Positions 27,680-37,923 of a DNA stretch of 64,000 nt are shown in pieces. The stretch is from NCBI GenBank assembly GCA_964503755.1, contig CAZDBO010000001.1:200926-264925 (forward strand). Direction: 5' to 3'. The translations under genes were made by a program, and so were the position numbers. The first letter of the stretch is position 1, and every line of letters starts with the position of its first letter. The stretch comes from an uncultured Candidatus Saccharibacteria bacterium. Its GTDB lineage: Bacteria; Patescibacteriota; Dojkabacteria; JAOAGR01. The notes below the pieces were generated by a model. The model saw only the letters and a program-made list of their open reading frames with translations, ran no database searches and was not told where the DNA came from.

Positions 27680-28684
27680 ATGTTTTGGAAAAGATTGATA
27701 GGGATTGATTTTGGTACTTATCGCTCAAGGATTATTTTACCTGATGGTGTCATATATGAAGAACCAACTTTAATAGCTAGAAATAAAAAATTAAATAAAG
27801 TTGTTGCAATAGGTACAAAAGCAGAAGAATTACTAGGTAAGACTCCAAATGACATTGAGCTTATCAGACCAATAGAGAATGGGGTTATTACAAATTTACG
27901 TGCAGCAGAATATCTATTGCGTCATATGATCTCTACTGTAAGCGGGAATATTATCTTTACAAAACCTACTATTATCATAAATATTCCTACCAATGCGTCA
28001 TCTGTCGAGGTAAGAGCTTTGGAAGAAGTAGCCTTAGCTGCAGGGGCTGGTGATGTATTGATATACCCGAATACATATTTAGCGGCTTTGGGTTCAGAGT
28101 TTAACATAGAAGAACCATTTGGATTATTGGTAGTAGATATTGGTGCTGGAACAACAGAAACTGCAATTATTTCTTATGGAGGCATTGTAATATCTGATAC
28201 TACTAAAATTGCATCGCATACAATAAACGAAAACTTAAATAACTTTCTTAAAAAGAATTATGGAATAATCGTTGGTGATCTAATGCTTGATAAAATCAAA
28301 CATCAGATTGCATCAGCTAGTGAGAGCGTGGAAAATATTGAGATAGAAATACGGGGACGTGATATTAGTTCGGGACTTCCTAAAAGTATAAATATACGAA
28401 CCTATGACATTCTCGATGTGGTGACCACAGTATTAGAACAAATAATACTGCATATCAAAGGTGTACTAGAAAAATCTCCACCAGAGTTATCTTCGGATAT
28501 AGTTGATACAGGAATTATATTGACAGGTGGTGGTGCAAAGTTACGAGATATTGAAACTGTAATACTAAAAAGTTTAGGTTTACCAGTTGTAAAACTCGAC
28601 GATGTAGATAGGATTGTGTCCAATGGTATCCGAACAATAGTTAAAGATCTTGATAGATATGCTTATAGAAATAGGGTAAATTAA
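27680..28684 (+). CDS. mreB: MreB/Mbl actin-like rod-shape protein
   Basis: 334 aa with ...IGIDFGTYRSRI... (phosphate-1 motif) and ...IRPIENGVITNLRAAEYLLRH... Confidence 0.72.
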   Translation: MFWKRLIGIDFGTYRSRIILPDGVIYEEPTLIARNKKLNKVVAIGTKAEELLGKTPNDIELIRPIENGVITNLRAAEYLLRHMISTVSGNIIFTKPTIIINIPTNASSVEVRALEEVALAAGAGDVLIYPNTYLAALGSEFNIEEPFGLLVVDIGAGTTETAIISYGGIVISDTTKIASHTINENLNNFLKKNYGIIVGDLMLDKIKHQIASASESVENIEIEIRGRDISSGLPKSINIRTYDILDVVTTVLEQIILHIKGVLEKSPPELSSDIVDTGIILTGGGAKLRDIETVILKSLGLPVVKLDDVDRIVSNGIRTIVKDLDRYAYRNRVN

Positions 28685-28957
28685 ATATCTTTAAGTATTT
28701 ATTAAAGCTAATTTTTCACGCTCTATTTAAATATTACTATGAATTAAGAAAACTAAATTAGTTTTGATTGATTAAGTATTTATTAAAATTCAAATAATAT
28801 TTGCGTGCAATTACAAATTATAAGTGATTCTCGCTTATCTGGTATTAAAATATAAATATAAACACTTCTAATTCAAGCACAAGCAAAAATCAATTAACCA
28901 CAGAAAAACTAAACCAAACCTAAAATATAACAATTCTTATAACTATAAAATATGATT

Positions 28958-29665
28958 TTAGGATATCTGCATAAATTCTGATTTAGTGATTTTTACTGAA
29001 GGGGTCATTGTAGTTTTGATATGAATTGACACCAAATCAGAAAAAATTCCGGGTGCTGACGTTTTAATTTCTTCTAAAACTTTTAATAAATTTTCCTTAA
29101 GTTTGTCTTTGCCTTGGGAAACTTTTCCGAATACTATATTTATTACTCCAGTTTTATCCTCTTTAAAATTTTTTCTTCCTTGTTTAAATTCTTTGACTGC
29201 GTTTACTATATCATTCGTTACTGTCCCGTTTTTTGGATTTGGCATGAGACCTTTTGTGCCGAGTGCTTTACCAAGTTTCGCAATTTTGGGCATGACACTT
29301 GGATGTGCAATCACTATATCAAAATCAAACCAATTTTGATTTAAAATTTTATTTATATATTCATCTAACCCTGCATAATGACCTCCTGCCTTTAAAGCCT
29401 CTTCCGCTTCTTTTGGTTCTGCAAAAACAAGTATTTTTGTTTCTTTACCGAAACTATGAGGAAAGACAACACTTATTTTATATGGTTGAGGATTTTTATT
29501 TGATCTTTTTACGGCGATTTTTAGTTCTACTGTCTGATCAAATTTATAATTGTTTACTTTATCAAGTATTGATAAATATTCATCTAAACTTCTTGTTGTA
29601 GAAATTACTTCGCTATTTAACTTATATTTTTTTGATCTTTTCATAGTATTTTGATTACTCAACAA
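28958..29665 (-). CDS. rplA: 50S ribosomal protein L1
   Basis: 235 aa L1 signature, following rplK with a slight overlap. Confidence 0.9.
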   Translation of the reverse strand: MLSNQNTMKRSKKYKLNSEVISTTRSLDEYLSILDKVNNYKFDQTVELKIAVKRSNKNPQPYKISVVFPHSFGKETKILVFAEPKEAEEALKAGGHYAGLDEYINKILNQNWFDFDIVIAHPSVMPKIAKLGKALGTKGLMPNPKNGTVTNDIVNAVKEFKQGRKNFKEDKTGVINIVFGKVSQGKDKLKENLLKVLEEIKTSAPGIFSDLVSIHIKTTMTPSVKITKSEFMQIS

Positions 29666-30080
29666 TTTCTATGCCCATATTTTTTGCTGTTCCGATAACT
29701 GTGCGCATTGCGGCCTCGATATCTTCTGTATTTAAATCTGGCAACTTTTGTTCTGCTATTTCCCGTACTTGGGCTATGGTCAGTTTGCCTACTCTATTTT
29801 TATTGGGTTTGTCTGACCCTTTTTCTATTTTTAGAACTCTTTTGATAAGAGCAGATACTGGAGGTGTTTTTAGTTGGATTTCAAAAGTTCTATCTTCATA
29901 TATTGTAACAATTGCGGGTACCATAATATCACCCATGTGTGCAGTTTTGTCATTAAATTCTTTAACAAATTGTCCAATATTTATACCAGTAGCACCCAAT
30001 GCAGGGCCTAGTGGAGGTGCAGGGGTTGCTTTACCAGCTGGTGCCTGTATTTTTTTTATCAATTTTACTTTTTTAGCCAT
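29655..30080 (-). CDS. rplK: 50S ribosomal protein L11
   Basis: 141 aa, MAKKVKLIKKIQAPAGKATPAPPLGPALGATGINI... Confidence 0.92.
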   Translation of the reverse strand: MAKKVKLIKKIQAPAGKATPAPPLGPALGATGINIGQFVKEFNDKTAHMGDIMVPAIVTIYEDRTFEIQLKTPPVSALIKRVLKIEKGSDKPNKNRVGKLTIAQVREIAEQKLPDLNTEDIEAAMRTVIGTAKNMGIEIVE

Positions 30081-30325
30081 GATTAAGTTGCTATGCGGAA
30101 GTATACTATATTAATTAAATTTTGAAAATGTCATAAGTTATATTTTTTTGCATCTTAAATTGAATCAAATTTATAGTAATTTAATGTTGATTATAAAAAA
30201 CAGTAAAATTATATACATAAACTCAATGTATCTTGGACTATTTATCTAATTTTTTGTCAAAATTTACATCTTTTGTGTTGGCTTATAAAAATGGAACTTT
30301 AAATTATTATGTTATGCTTGTAAAC

Positions 30326-31044
30326 CTAGTTGTTAATATTGATTTTATAAATTAATTCTTTTATATCGGTCTGTTCACATATACTTGTTTCGATATTTTC
30401 CATGTATTCATCAAGAAACGCGTACCTCATTTTATAAATTTTATTCTTCTTATATTTTACCCATCCTTCACAAATAGGGTATTTGTGGTTTTTTCTTATC
30501 AGCGTCAAAGTAAAATTTGACTTGGCCTATTATTTTACTTTTCTTGGTGTGTATAAAAGTAATTATTATGCATTTTTTATTTTTAAAATCAGAAACCACA
30601 GTGAATGCCTCTATTTTTGCATGAAATAGAAAAGTAAATTTATCAAGAAATGCATAGAAAAATCCAAGCACTAGCTCGTATTTACGATCAGTGAAATTTG
30701 ATACTAGTCTTATAAAAAATCAGTATGCACACCTAACATATGAAACCAAATTAGTCCTTCAGATTTTTTGACTTTTTGGAGTTTAGATGATTTTTTGTCT
30801 TTTGAGCTAGGTACTAAACCATAAATTTTATCTTTATTTTCCTTTTCTAATAACTTAAGAATCGCATAAGATATATTTTTTATTCCAGTGAATCTGTCTT
30901 ATTTATCTTTATGGCACAGACCTAAAATAGGATGAATTATCAATTCTTTATCAATTATAGAATCGTCATCTACTATGTTGAATAAAATGGGTATACGTTC
31001 TTTTGTTTCTTCAGCTGTTTTTAGTATTAGTTTTAGAAGATACA
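30326..31044 (-). pseudogene. decayed gene remnant (four or more consecutive ORF fragments in shifting frames) between rplK and nth
   Basis: Minus-strand translation gives consecutive fragments: MYLLKLILKTAEETKERIPILFNIVDDDS...*, then DRFTGIKNISYAILKLLEKENKDKIYGLVPSS...*, then the ORFs 30468..30671 and 30326..30508, which overlap in different frames. No family was recognised. Confidence 0.35.
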
Positions 31045-31224
31045 TTTTATTTGTTTATATCAATTTAAATTGTCTTTTATAATTCTAGTTTACAAACTTA
31101 TCAATACAATTAGGTAATACTCTTATTTTATATATTGTATGAAAAACTAGGATAAATATTTAATTTTTATAATTTGAACTTTCGCCGAATATACGAACGA
31201 TTTTTAAGTGATATTATCAACAAG

Positions 31225-31869
31225 TTAGAATCGTTTATTGCAATATTTTTGCAATGGACATTTATCACATTTTGGTTTCCTTGGATGACAAAAATTTCGC
31301 CCAATAAGTATCAGTTGTTTTGATATAGTAGTCCAGTATTTTTTTGGTATCTTTGTCATTAGATCTTTTTCTATTTTTTCGGGATTTTTTTCATTAGTTA
31401 GGCCTAGTCTAAATGAGACTCTTTTTACATGCGTATCAATCACAATACCAACAGGCTTATTAAAATAATCACATAATATGACATTAGCTACCTTGCGACC
31501 GACACCTTTGAGTTTTAGTAAATCTTCCATATCGTCAGGTACTTTGCCATCAAATGAATTCTCAATTATTTTTGCGGATTCTATGATATGTCGCGATTTT
31601 GTCTTGTAGTAGTTAATTTCTCTAGTAATATTCATCACTTCTGATAAATCAGCATTCGCAAGTGATTTACTATCCGGAAAACGTTCGAATAATTTTGGAG
31701 TTACTTGATTAACTTTATTATCAGTAGTTTGTGCTGACAGCATAATCGCCACTAAAAATTCGAACACATTTTTGTGGTGTAAAAAATGAGGAATTTTTGG
31801 ATATACACTATTTAAAATTTTTAGTACTTGTTGAATTTTATATTTACTTCGTAAATCTTTATTTCGCAT
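31225..31869 (-). CDS. nth: endonuclease III (HhH-GPD glycosylase with a 4Fe-4S cluster)
   Basis: ...LSAQTTDNKVNQVTPKLF..., LKGVGRKVANVIL, and a C-terminal C-x6-C-x2-C-x5-C. Confidence 0.9.
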   Translation of the reverse strand: MRNKDLRSKYKIQQVLKILNSVYPKIPHFLHHKNVFEFLVAIMLSAQTTDNKVNQVTPKLFERFPDSKSLANADLSEVMNITREINYYKTKSRHIIESAKIIENSFDGKVPDDMEDLLKLKGVGRKVANVILCDYFNKPVGIVIDTHVKRVSFRLGLTNEKNPEKIEKDLMTKIPKKYWTTISKQLILIGRNFCHPRKPKCDKCPLQKYCNKRF

Positions 31870-33182
31870 TAAGGCGTTAGTCTATTAATATCTCTTGGGA
31901 ATAATGTAGCTTCTCTAATATTTTTTAGACCCAAAAGATTTTGTGTTAGTCTTTGCAATCCCATACCAAAACCACCTTCGGTTGGTATACCATATTTATG
32001 CATCATTAGATAACCTTCAAAATCATCAGGATTTAATCCTTTTTCTTTTAATCTTTCAATTTGATGTTGGTATTTATTTACTCTTTGACCGCCAGTTACG
32101 ATTTCTGATCCATTTCCGATAAGATCAAAAGATTCACTAAGTTCGGGATTATCTGGATTTGGATACGTATAAAAAGGACGTTTTGATAAAGGATAATGAG
32201 TCACAAAAACAAAATTAGAATTATGTTCTTTTGGTGCCCATTCGGTACTGAGCCATTTTTCTGCTCTTGGAGATAAATCCGGTTCATTTGTTTCATCTAT
32301 TCCTGTTCCTTCTTTATAAATCTCTAGTGCTTGTTTAAGAGTTATACGTGGAAATAATGTATTTTCGGGTACTATTGGAAGAGTTGTATTTAATATCTCT
32401 AATTCTTTTACATATTCTTTCTGAATTTTTTTGATTATATGTCTGATTACATTTTCGCAGTGATGCATTAGATCTTCTATACTATCAATAAAACCTAATT
32501 CAAACTCAAATTGATTGAATTCTGTTAAATGTCTTGTGGTGGCGGATTTTTCTGCACGAAAAGAATAAGATAAACCATACACACCTTCATAAACTCCCAT
32601 CATAATTTGTTTATAAAGCTGTGCTGATTGAGGAAGAGTCGCTTCTTTCCCAAAATAATCAAGTTTAAATACTTCAGCACCACCTTCTGATGATGCGCCG
32701 GCGAGAATTGGGAAGATTATTTCGACAAATCCTTGACTACGCATGTATTCTCTGTATCCTTCTACGATACCTGCTTGTATCTTAAAAATTGCTTGAAGTT
32801 TTTGATGTCGTAATGTTATTGGACGATAATCAATGATTGTGTCGATATGTGCGTCTATTTCTTCTTTATTTATTTCAACAGGAATTATGTCGTAGACGGG
32901 TGATATAATTTGTATTTCCTTAACATCTAATTCGATACCTGATTTTTGTTTATCTGAGACTCGTACTATCCCTTTAATTTTTAATACAGACTCAACTTGT
33001 AGATCTTTGACTTGATTAATTAATTCTTTGTTACCTAATACACATTGGATTATTCCAGTACGATCTCTAAGAATCACGAATGCAATCTTTCCTAAAATAC
33101 GGATACGATGCATCCAACCTGCTATTATCACTTCTTGGTCAATGTATTTATTTAAATCTGATATTAAAATACGATTTTTCAT
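31869..33182 (-). CDS. aspS: class IIb aspartyl-tRNA synthetase, archaeal/short type (AsnRS cannot be excluded)
   Basis: 437 aa with an N-terminal OB fold, class II motifs 2 and 3 (...FRAE...; ...GGFGMGLQRL...) and no bacterial insertion domain. The presence of gatB favours a non-discriminating AspRS. Confidence 0.72.
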   Translation of the reverse strand: MKNRILISDLNKYIDQEVIIAGWMHRIRILGKIAFVILRDRTGIIQCVLGNKELINQVKDLQVESVLKIKGIVRVSDKQKSGIELDVKEIQIISPVYDIIPVEINKEEIDAHIDTIIDYRPITLRHQKLQAIFKIQAGIVEGYREYMRSQGFVEIIFPILAGASSEGGAEVFKLDYFGKEATLPQSAQLYKQIMMGVYEGVYGLSYSFRAEKSATTRHLTEFNQFEFELGFIDSIEDLMHHCENVIRHIIKKIQKEYVKELEILNTTLPIVPENTLFPRITLKQALEIYKEGTGIDETNEPDLSPRAEKWLSTEWAPKEHNSNFVFVTHYPLSKRPFYTYPNPDNPELSESFDLIGNGSEIVTGGQRVNKYQHQIERLKEKGLNPDDFEGYLMMHKYGIPTEGGFGMGLQRLTQNLLGLKNIREATLFPRDINRLTP

Positions 33183-33219
33183 AACTTTTGGATTTTACAA
33201 TATTAAAAGGTACTTATCA

Positions 33220-33441
33220 CTATGTTGGTCTGATTTTTAGTCTGTCTTCTAATGGATCGCGTGTGTATCCTTGTCTATCGTTATCTATTAAAAAATCTGT
33301 AGGTTTGTTATCTTCTGGGCCTGTAAAATGCCAAAGCGAAAAAAGTATTACATAAATTATAGTCATAGTAATTAGCAATATTAATATTAAAAATTTGGCA
33401 TCAATTGATTTGGAAAGATTTTCTTTTTGTTCTTGACTCAT
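33220..33441 (-). CDS. small membrane protein (hypothetical)
   Basis: 73 aa with one TM helix, lying between ftsH and aspS on the same strand. Confidence 0.3.
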   Translation of the reverse strand: MSQEQKENLSKSIDAKFLILILLITMTIIYVILFSLWHFTGPEDNKPTDFLIDNDRQGYTRDPLEDRLKIRPT

Positions 33442-33453
33442 TAAATAAAAATT

Positions 33454-35391
33454 TTATGAAGCTATTAGTGTCATAAATTCGTCCTGTTCGATAACTTCTT
33501 TTTCTAAAAGTGTTTGCGCTATCTTATCTAGTTTTTCACGATTTTTGATGATTATTTCTTCTGCAGTTTTTCTTGCTTTTTCAAGAATTTTTGCTATTTC
33601 TTCATCAATTTTTTTTGCTGTTTCTTGAGAATAAGTTAGATGTCCGATGTCGTCATGACTATATTCTACGTATCCCAAGCTACTCATCCCGTATTTTTTC
33701 ACCATATCAGAGGCAATTTGTGTGGCTCTTTTTATGTCACTACTAGCTCCTGTTGTGAAAGTGTTAAATACAATTCTTTCTGCTTCACGGCCTCCGTACA
33801 AACTTGCAAGATCTGCTTCAAATTTTTCTATTGTTCTTAGAGAATATGCTTCTTCATCAGGTATAAAAATAGTAGCTCCACCCGAGTCTCCTCTTGGAAT
33901 TATAGAAATACGGTGTACAATATCGGCTTCTGGTAAATGATAGCTTACCAAGGCATGCCCTGCTTCATGATATGCAACTATCTTTTTGTACTTTTCTGAT
34001 TTAGTTCGATTTTTTGCTGGTCCTAAAATAACTTTGTTGATAGCTTCTTCTATATCTTCTTTTTCTATTGTTTGTCGATCATGTTTGGCCGCTATTATCG
34101 CTGCTTCGTTTAAAACATTTTCCAAATCAGCACCACTATATCCAATAGTTCTTTTGGCTAAAGTTTCTAAATCTATCTCATGACTTAAAGGCTTATTTTT
34201 TGCGTATATTTTTAGAATTTCTAATCTACCATTCATATCTGGAAGATCTAATACAACTCTTCTATCAAATCTACCTGGTCTAAGTATTGCAGGATCTAGT
34301 ACATCTGGCCTATTAGTTGCAGCTATTACTATCACATTTGTATCTTTCTGAAAACCATCCATTTCGACAAGAATTTGATTTAAAGTTTGATCTGTATTTC
34401 CTGAGTGTATTATTGTTCCTCTTTTTTTGGCTATAGAATCAATTTCGTCTATAAAAATAATTGATGGTGCCATCTTTTTTGCTTTCGTGAAAAGATCTCG
34501 AACTCTAGATGCTCCTGCTCCTACAAGCATCTCTTCAAATTCTGATCCTGATGTAAAAAAGAATGGTACGCCAGCTTCACCTGCAATTGCTCTTGCTAGT
34601 AGTGTTTTTCCTGTTCCAGGAGCACCGACAAGTAGTACGCCTTTCGGAATCCTTGCACCCATTTTGATAAATTTTTTAGGATTCTTAAGGAATTCAACTA
34701 TTTCTCTAACTTCATTTACAGCTTCGTCTACACCTTTTACATCGTCAAATTTGACATCCTGCATTTTTGCGGTAAATAATTTGGCTTTACTTTCACCAAA
34801 AGGCAAACTTGCAGCTGAATTTGAGATGTTTTTTGCTGAGTATATTATATAAATGATAAAGCCTAATATACCTAATGTGCTAATAAGGGATATTATGGAA
34901 AAAAGATTGAATTCACTTGCAGGTACAGCATAAATATTTTTTTGGGTAGGATCTATACCAGCTTTTCTTAGATCTTCAAAAAAAGTTATCGTATTGGGTA
35001 TATTTCCTTCTATTTTTTGATTATCATTTTTAGTTATAACAACTTTTTCAGGATGCACCTCGACTTTAGAGTATTCTTCTTTCTTAATAACTTCTATGAT
35101 TGTGCCGTAATCTAGATTGTTTAAGCTGTTGATATTATAAATTTGTAATCCAATTGTAAAAACAAACAAAATTATTACAGTAATAATGATAGGATTTTTG
35201 TACCAAGGTACATTCTTTTTGAATGGACGGATGATATTAGATTCTGTTGTTTTACCTTGCTTAGTTTCTGGATCTGTATTTGGTTCTTGAGTAGGATTTT
35301 TTCTTTGATTACTAACCTTAAAATATTTTTCTTCTACAGATTCTGGTAGACCCGAATTTGGCTTGCGTATATTTTTATTTTTAAGTTTCAT
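33454..35391 (-). CDS. ftsH: ATP-dependent zinc metalloprotease FtsH
   Basis: 645 aa with N-terminal TM helices, the AAA module [18 protein letters not shown], and HEAGHALV. Confidence 0.92.
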   Translation of the reverse strand: MKLKNKNIRKPNSGLPESVEEKYFKVSNQRKNPTQEPNTDPETKQGKTTESNIIRPFKKNVPWYKNPIIITVIILFVFTIGLQIYNINSLNNLDYGTIIEVIKKEEYSKVEVHPEKVVITKNDNQKIEGNIPNTITFFEDLRKAGIDPTQKNIYAVPASEFNLFSIISLISTLGILGFIIYIIYSAKNISNSAASLPFGESKAKLFTAKMQDVKFDDVKGVDEAVNEVREIVEFLKNPKKFIKMGARIPKGVLLVGAPGTGKTLLARAIAGEAGVPFFFTSGSEFEEMLVGAGASRVRDLFTKAKKMAPSIIFIDEIDSIAKKRGTIIHSGNTDQTLNQILVEMDGFQKDTNVIVIAATNRPDVLDPAILRPGRFDRRVVLDLPDMNGRLEILKIYAKNKPLSHEIDLETLAKRTIGYSGADLENVLNEAAIIAAKHDRQTIEKEDIEEAINKVILGPAKNRTKSEKYKKIVAYHEAGHALVSYHLPEADIVHRISIIPRGDSGGATIFIPDEEAYSLRTIEKFEADLASLYGGREAERIVFNTFTTGASSDIKRATQIASDMVKKYGMSSLGYVEYSHDDIGHLTYSQETAKKIDEEIAKILEKARKTAEEIIIKNREKLDKIAQTLLEKEVIEQDEFMTLIAS

Positions 35392-35471
35392 CGTATTTTG
35401 TTATTTTAGCATATGGGACAGATGCTTATACATTTTATTGCCACAAATATTGTAAAGACATATAATTAGTT

Positions 35472-37610
35472 ATGTACAAACTTTCTACTTTTTTGTTAAG
35501 TTTGTTTATTATTATGGGATCTATATTTTTGGATGTTGTAAATTCGAAGATAGCAGCAGAAGAAAACAGCAGTGCACATAAAAAGATTTCTATAATAGAA
35601 ATTAATTGGGCGGGTAGTAAAAGATCATCAAATGATGAATGGATAGTACTTAAAAATCTTACAGATGAGGATATTGATATCACAGGATATAAACTTTTTG
35701 GTACACGACGTGGAGGGGGGTATTTTGAGTTGACTGGGATTGTAAGAGCGAACGATGTATTCGTTGTTAGTAGATATAATCGGAGCGATCCTAATACAGT
35801 AATTAATGTGAATTCTAATTTTGTTAGCTCTTCTTTTTCTATTTCAAATGCAGCTTTAAATATAAGGTTAGACGATTCTAATGGTCAAATTGTAGATAGT
35901 GTAATAACTACTACCAAGCCAAAGGTAGGGGATAATTCTTCAACTTCTGGTACGTATTTTGCCATGAGTAGGATTAATCCATTTAATGATGGAAATGATC
36001 TAAATAATTGGAGGAATGCAGATAAAATTTATGTGGTGCAAATAGTTGAAGATGGTGTTTGTAGAAATTATATTGGTTATTCTGAACTTATTGGAAAGGA
36101 ATTTATTGATCCAACTGATTTGTGCGAAGGAAATACAATAAGTCCAAATGAGACGATAAATTTAGAGTTTTACACTCAAACTAATAGTTTAGAAATCCAA
36201 ATAAATGAAAATACATTAAGTTCCGATAACATCAATACAAATTTGTTTAGTGTAACAGTAAATAGTATGTTTGGCAGTACGAATGTTGTTGATAGTATAG
36301 ACTATGTAAATGCAAGATATTTATCGCAAAATTCTAGTATTTTCGCGTATCGTTTCAACGACTATATGGGATCTGAATACTATAAAGTTTCTACTCAAAT
36401 TAAAAATATAAGTAATTTTGAATGTTTAATAGATAAATTAGATTTTTTTGTAGATACAAATGTAATTAATCAAAGACTTTTGATTAATCAGTTTAATATA
36501 CATGAAAATGTTAATAATTATCAAAATAACATGTTTAGTCTTTTAGGAAATGATGAATATATCGAATCTATAACGCCTATTAATCAGATAATAAAGGATC
36601 AAGATCTAATGATTTACATTGATAATCTAAACTTAGAAAACTACAACTCAGGTTTTATAGAAATTGGTACTCAAAGAATTCCATTGGTTCAGTTTGTAAA
36701 TAACAATAAAGTGACATTAAATAATGTCAGTACAAATAAATTAATTCTAGATCTAAAACAAGATGAGTTGGCAAGTTTTGCTACTATAAATATCGAATTA
36801 GTAGGTCCAAATTATATTGGCGATTTACCATTTGATGTTAGCGAATACATAAATTCAGAAGTTACCACAGAAATGATTAATAACACAATTAAGTTTACAA
36901 ATGAAAATTATTCTCATATTTTAACATTTGAAAAAAATAACCTTTGTGATAATTATTTTGCAAATATTTGTAATATTAGTTTAGTATTTAGATTGGAAGA
37001 AAACACCCTATCATCAGATCAAAATATCCTAAAAATAAAGTATGGTACGACCGATCATAAAGTATTTAACGAAAAAATATTTAGATTTGCTGATTTTAAT
37101 CAAAATCAGATAGAAATTAACTTTTCGTTTACAGAAAATATAAATAAACTGCAGATATATTCTTATAAGCCAATTTATTTAATACAATATCGAAAATTCT
37201 TGTCTAACCAACCTAATAATCTCTTTGAAACTGATTTTGAGAGTATTGAAGGACTAAATATAAGTCAAGGATATGAAAATTCTACTACCGAGATGAGATG
37301 TAGACCCGTTTATTTTGATATGATTTATTTGACTCCAGATTCGTCTTATATCACATCGGTCAACATAAATGGATTATCAAAATATCGTAATTATAGTTTG
37401 GTCAAAGTATATTTATTTGATAATCAAGGTAAAGTAATGTTAGATGAAAAAATTACAGAATCCGAACTTAGAAATGGAAAATACGAAACAGTTCCGGTTT
37501 TGATTGATAATAATTTAAGATCTTATATTTATTTAGTACAAATTTGTGATTATTCTAATCAAAGCGTACCTTACTGGGATAATATAGAAATTCAGTTTAC
37601 AAAAAAATGA
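35472..37610 (+). CDS. large secreted protein with an N-terminal lamin-tail-domain (LTD)-like module
   Basis: 712 aa with a signal peptide and ...ISIIEINWAGSKRSSNDEWIVLKNLTDEDIDITGYKLFG..., resembling the LTD consensus (INE..., EWIEL.N, DLSGW.L). The rest is Asn-rich and unrecognised. Confidence 0.5.
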   Translation: MYKLSTFLLSLFIIMGSIFLDVVNSKIAAEENSSAHKKISIIEINWAGSKRSSNDEWIVLKNLTDEDIDITGYKLFGTRRGGGYFELTGIVRANDVFVVSRYNRSDPNTVINVNSNFVSSSFSISNAALNIRLDDSNGQIVDSVITTTKPKVGDNSSTSGTYFAMSRINPFNDGNDLNNWRNADKIYVVQIVEDGVCRNYIGYSELIGKEFIDPTDLCEGNTISPNETINLEFYTQTNSLEIQINENTLSSDNINTNLFSVTVNSMFGSTNVVDSIDYVNARYLSQNSSIFAYRFNDYMGSEYYKVSTQIKNISNFECLIDKLDFFVDTNVINQRLLINQFNIHENVNNYQNNMFSLLGNDEYIESITPINQIIKDQDLMIYIDNLNLENYNSGFIEIGTQRIPLVQFVNNNKVTLNNVSTNKLILDLKQDELASFATINIELVGPNYIGDLPFDVSEYINSEVTTEMINNTIKFTNENYSHILTFEKNNLCDNYFANICNISLVFRLEENTLSSDQNILKIKYGTTDHKVFNEKIFRFADFNQNQIEINFSFTENINKLQIYSYKPIYLIQYRKFLSNQPNNLFETDFESIEGLNISQGYENSTTEMRCRPVYFDMIYLTPDSSYITSVNINGLSKYRNYSLVKVYLFDNQGKVMLDEKITESELRNGKYETVPVLIDNNLRSYIYLVQICDYSNQSVPYWDNIEIQFTKK

Positions 37611-37633
37611 GTTTTATTGTATTATTGTTTTAC

Positions 37634-37709
37634 GCGAGTGTAGTTCAGTTGGTAGAACGTCTCCTTGCCAAGGAGAAGGCCGGCGGTTCGAGTCCGCTCA
37701 CTCGCTCCA
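37634..37709 (+). tRNA. tRNA-Gly (anticodon GCC)
   Basis: Acceptor GCGAGTG/CACTCGC, anticodon stem TCTCC/GGAGA with loop TTGCCAA, T-loop GGTTCGAGTCC, then CCA. Confidence 0.9.
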
Positions 37710-37923
37710 GTAAGACCTATCCTTAAAAAGCTTGTTCGAAGTTTTTTATATTTTAATACTTACAAGTTTTATTATATACTTTGATTTACGTCTTAGGCTA
37801 TTTCAATCAATTTCAAGTAGATAAATAGCTTAAAATTGTTAATAATTACACAACAAAGATAAAATTTATTTATTTGCAAAAGATTCTTACTATATTGATG
37901 GATTTTAGCGTTAATAGCCATAT

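Noticed and set aside
30326-31044. Assigning the decayed gene upstream of rplK to nusG, a LAGLIDADG endonuclease or a GIY-YIG endonuclease
   Set aside because: The fragments lack the NusG NGN/KOW signatures. The similarity to homing-endonuclease motifs (ILGLCHKD; KIYGLVP/KIYKMRY) is too weak to support a call.
37710-37923. Possible terminator hairpin after tRNA-Gly (aaaaagcttgttcgaagtttttt)
   Set aside because: The two arms are not actually complementary (gcttg versus cgaag), so no stable stem forms.
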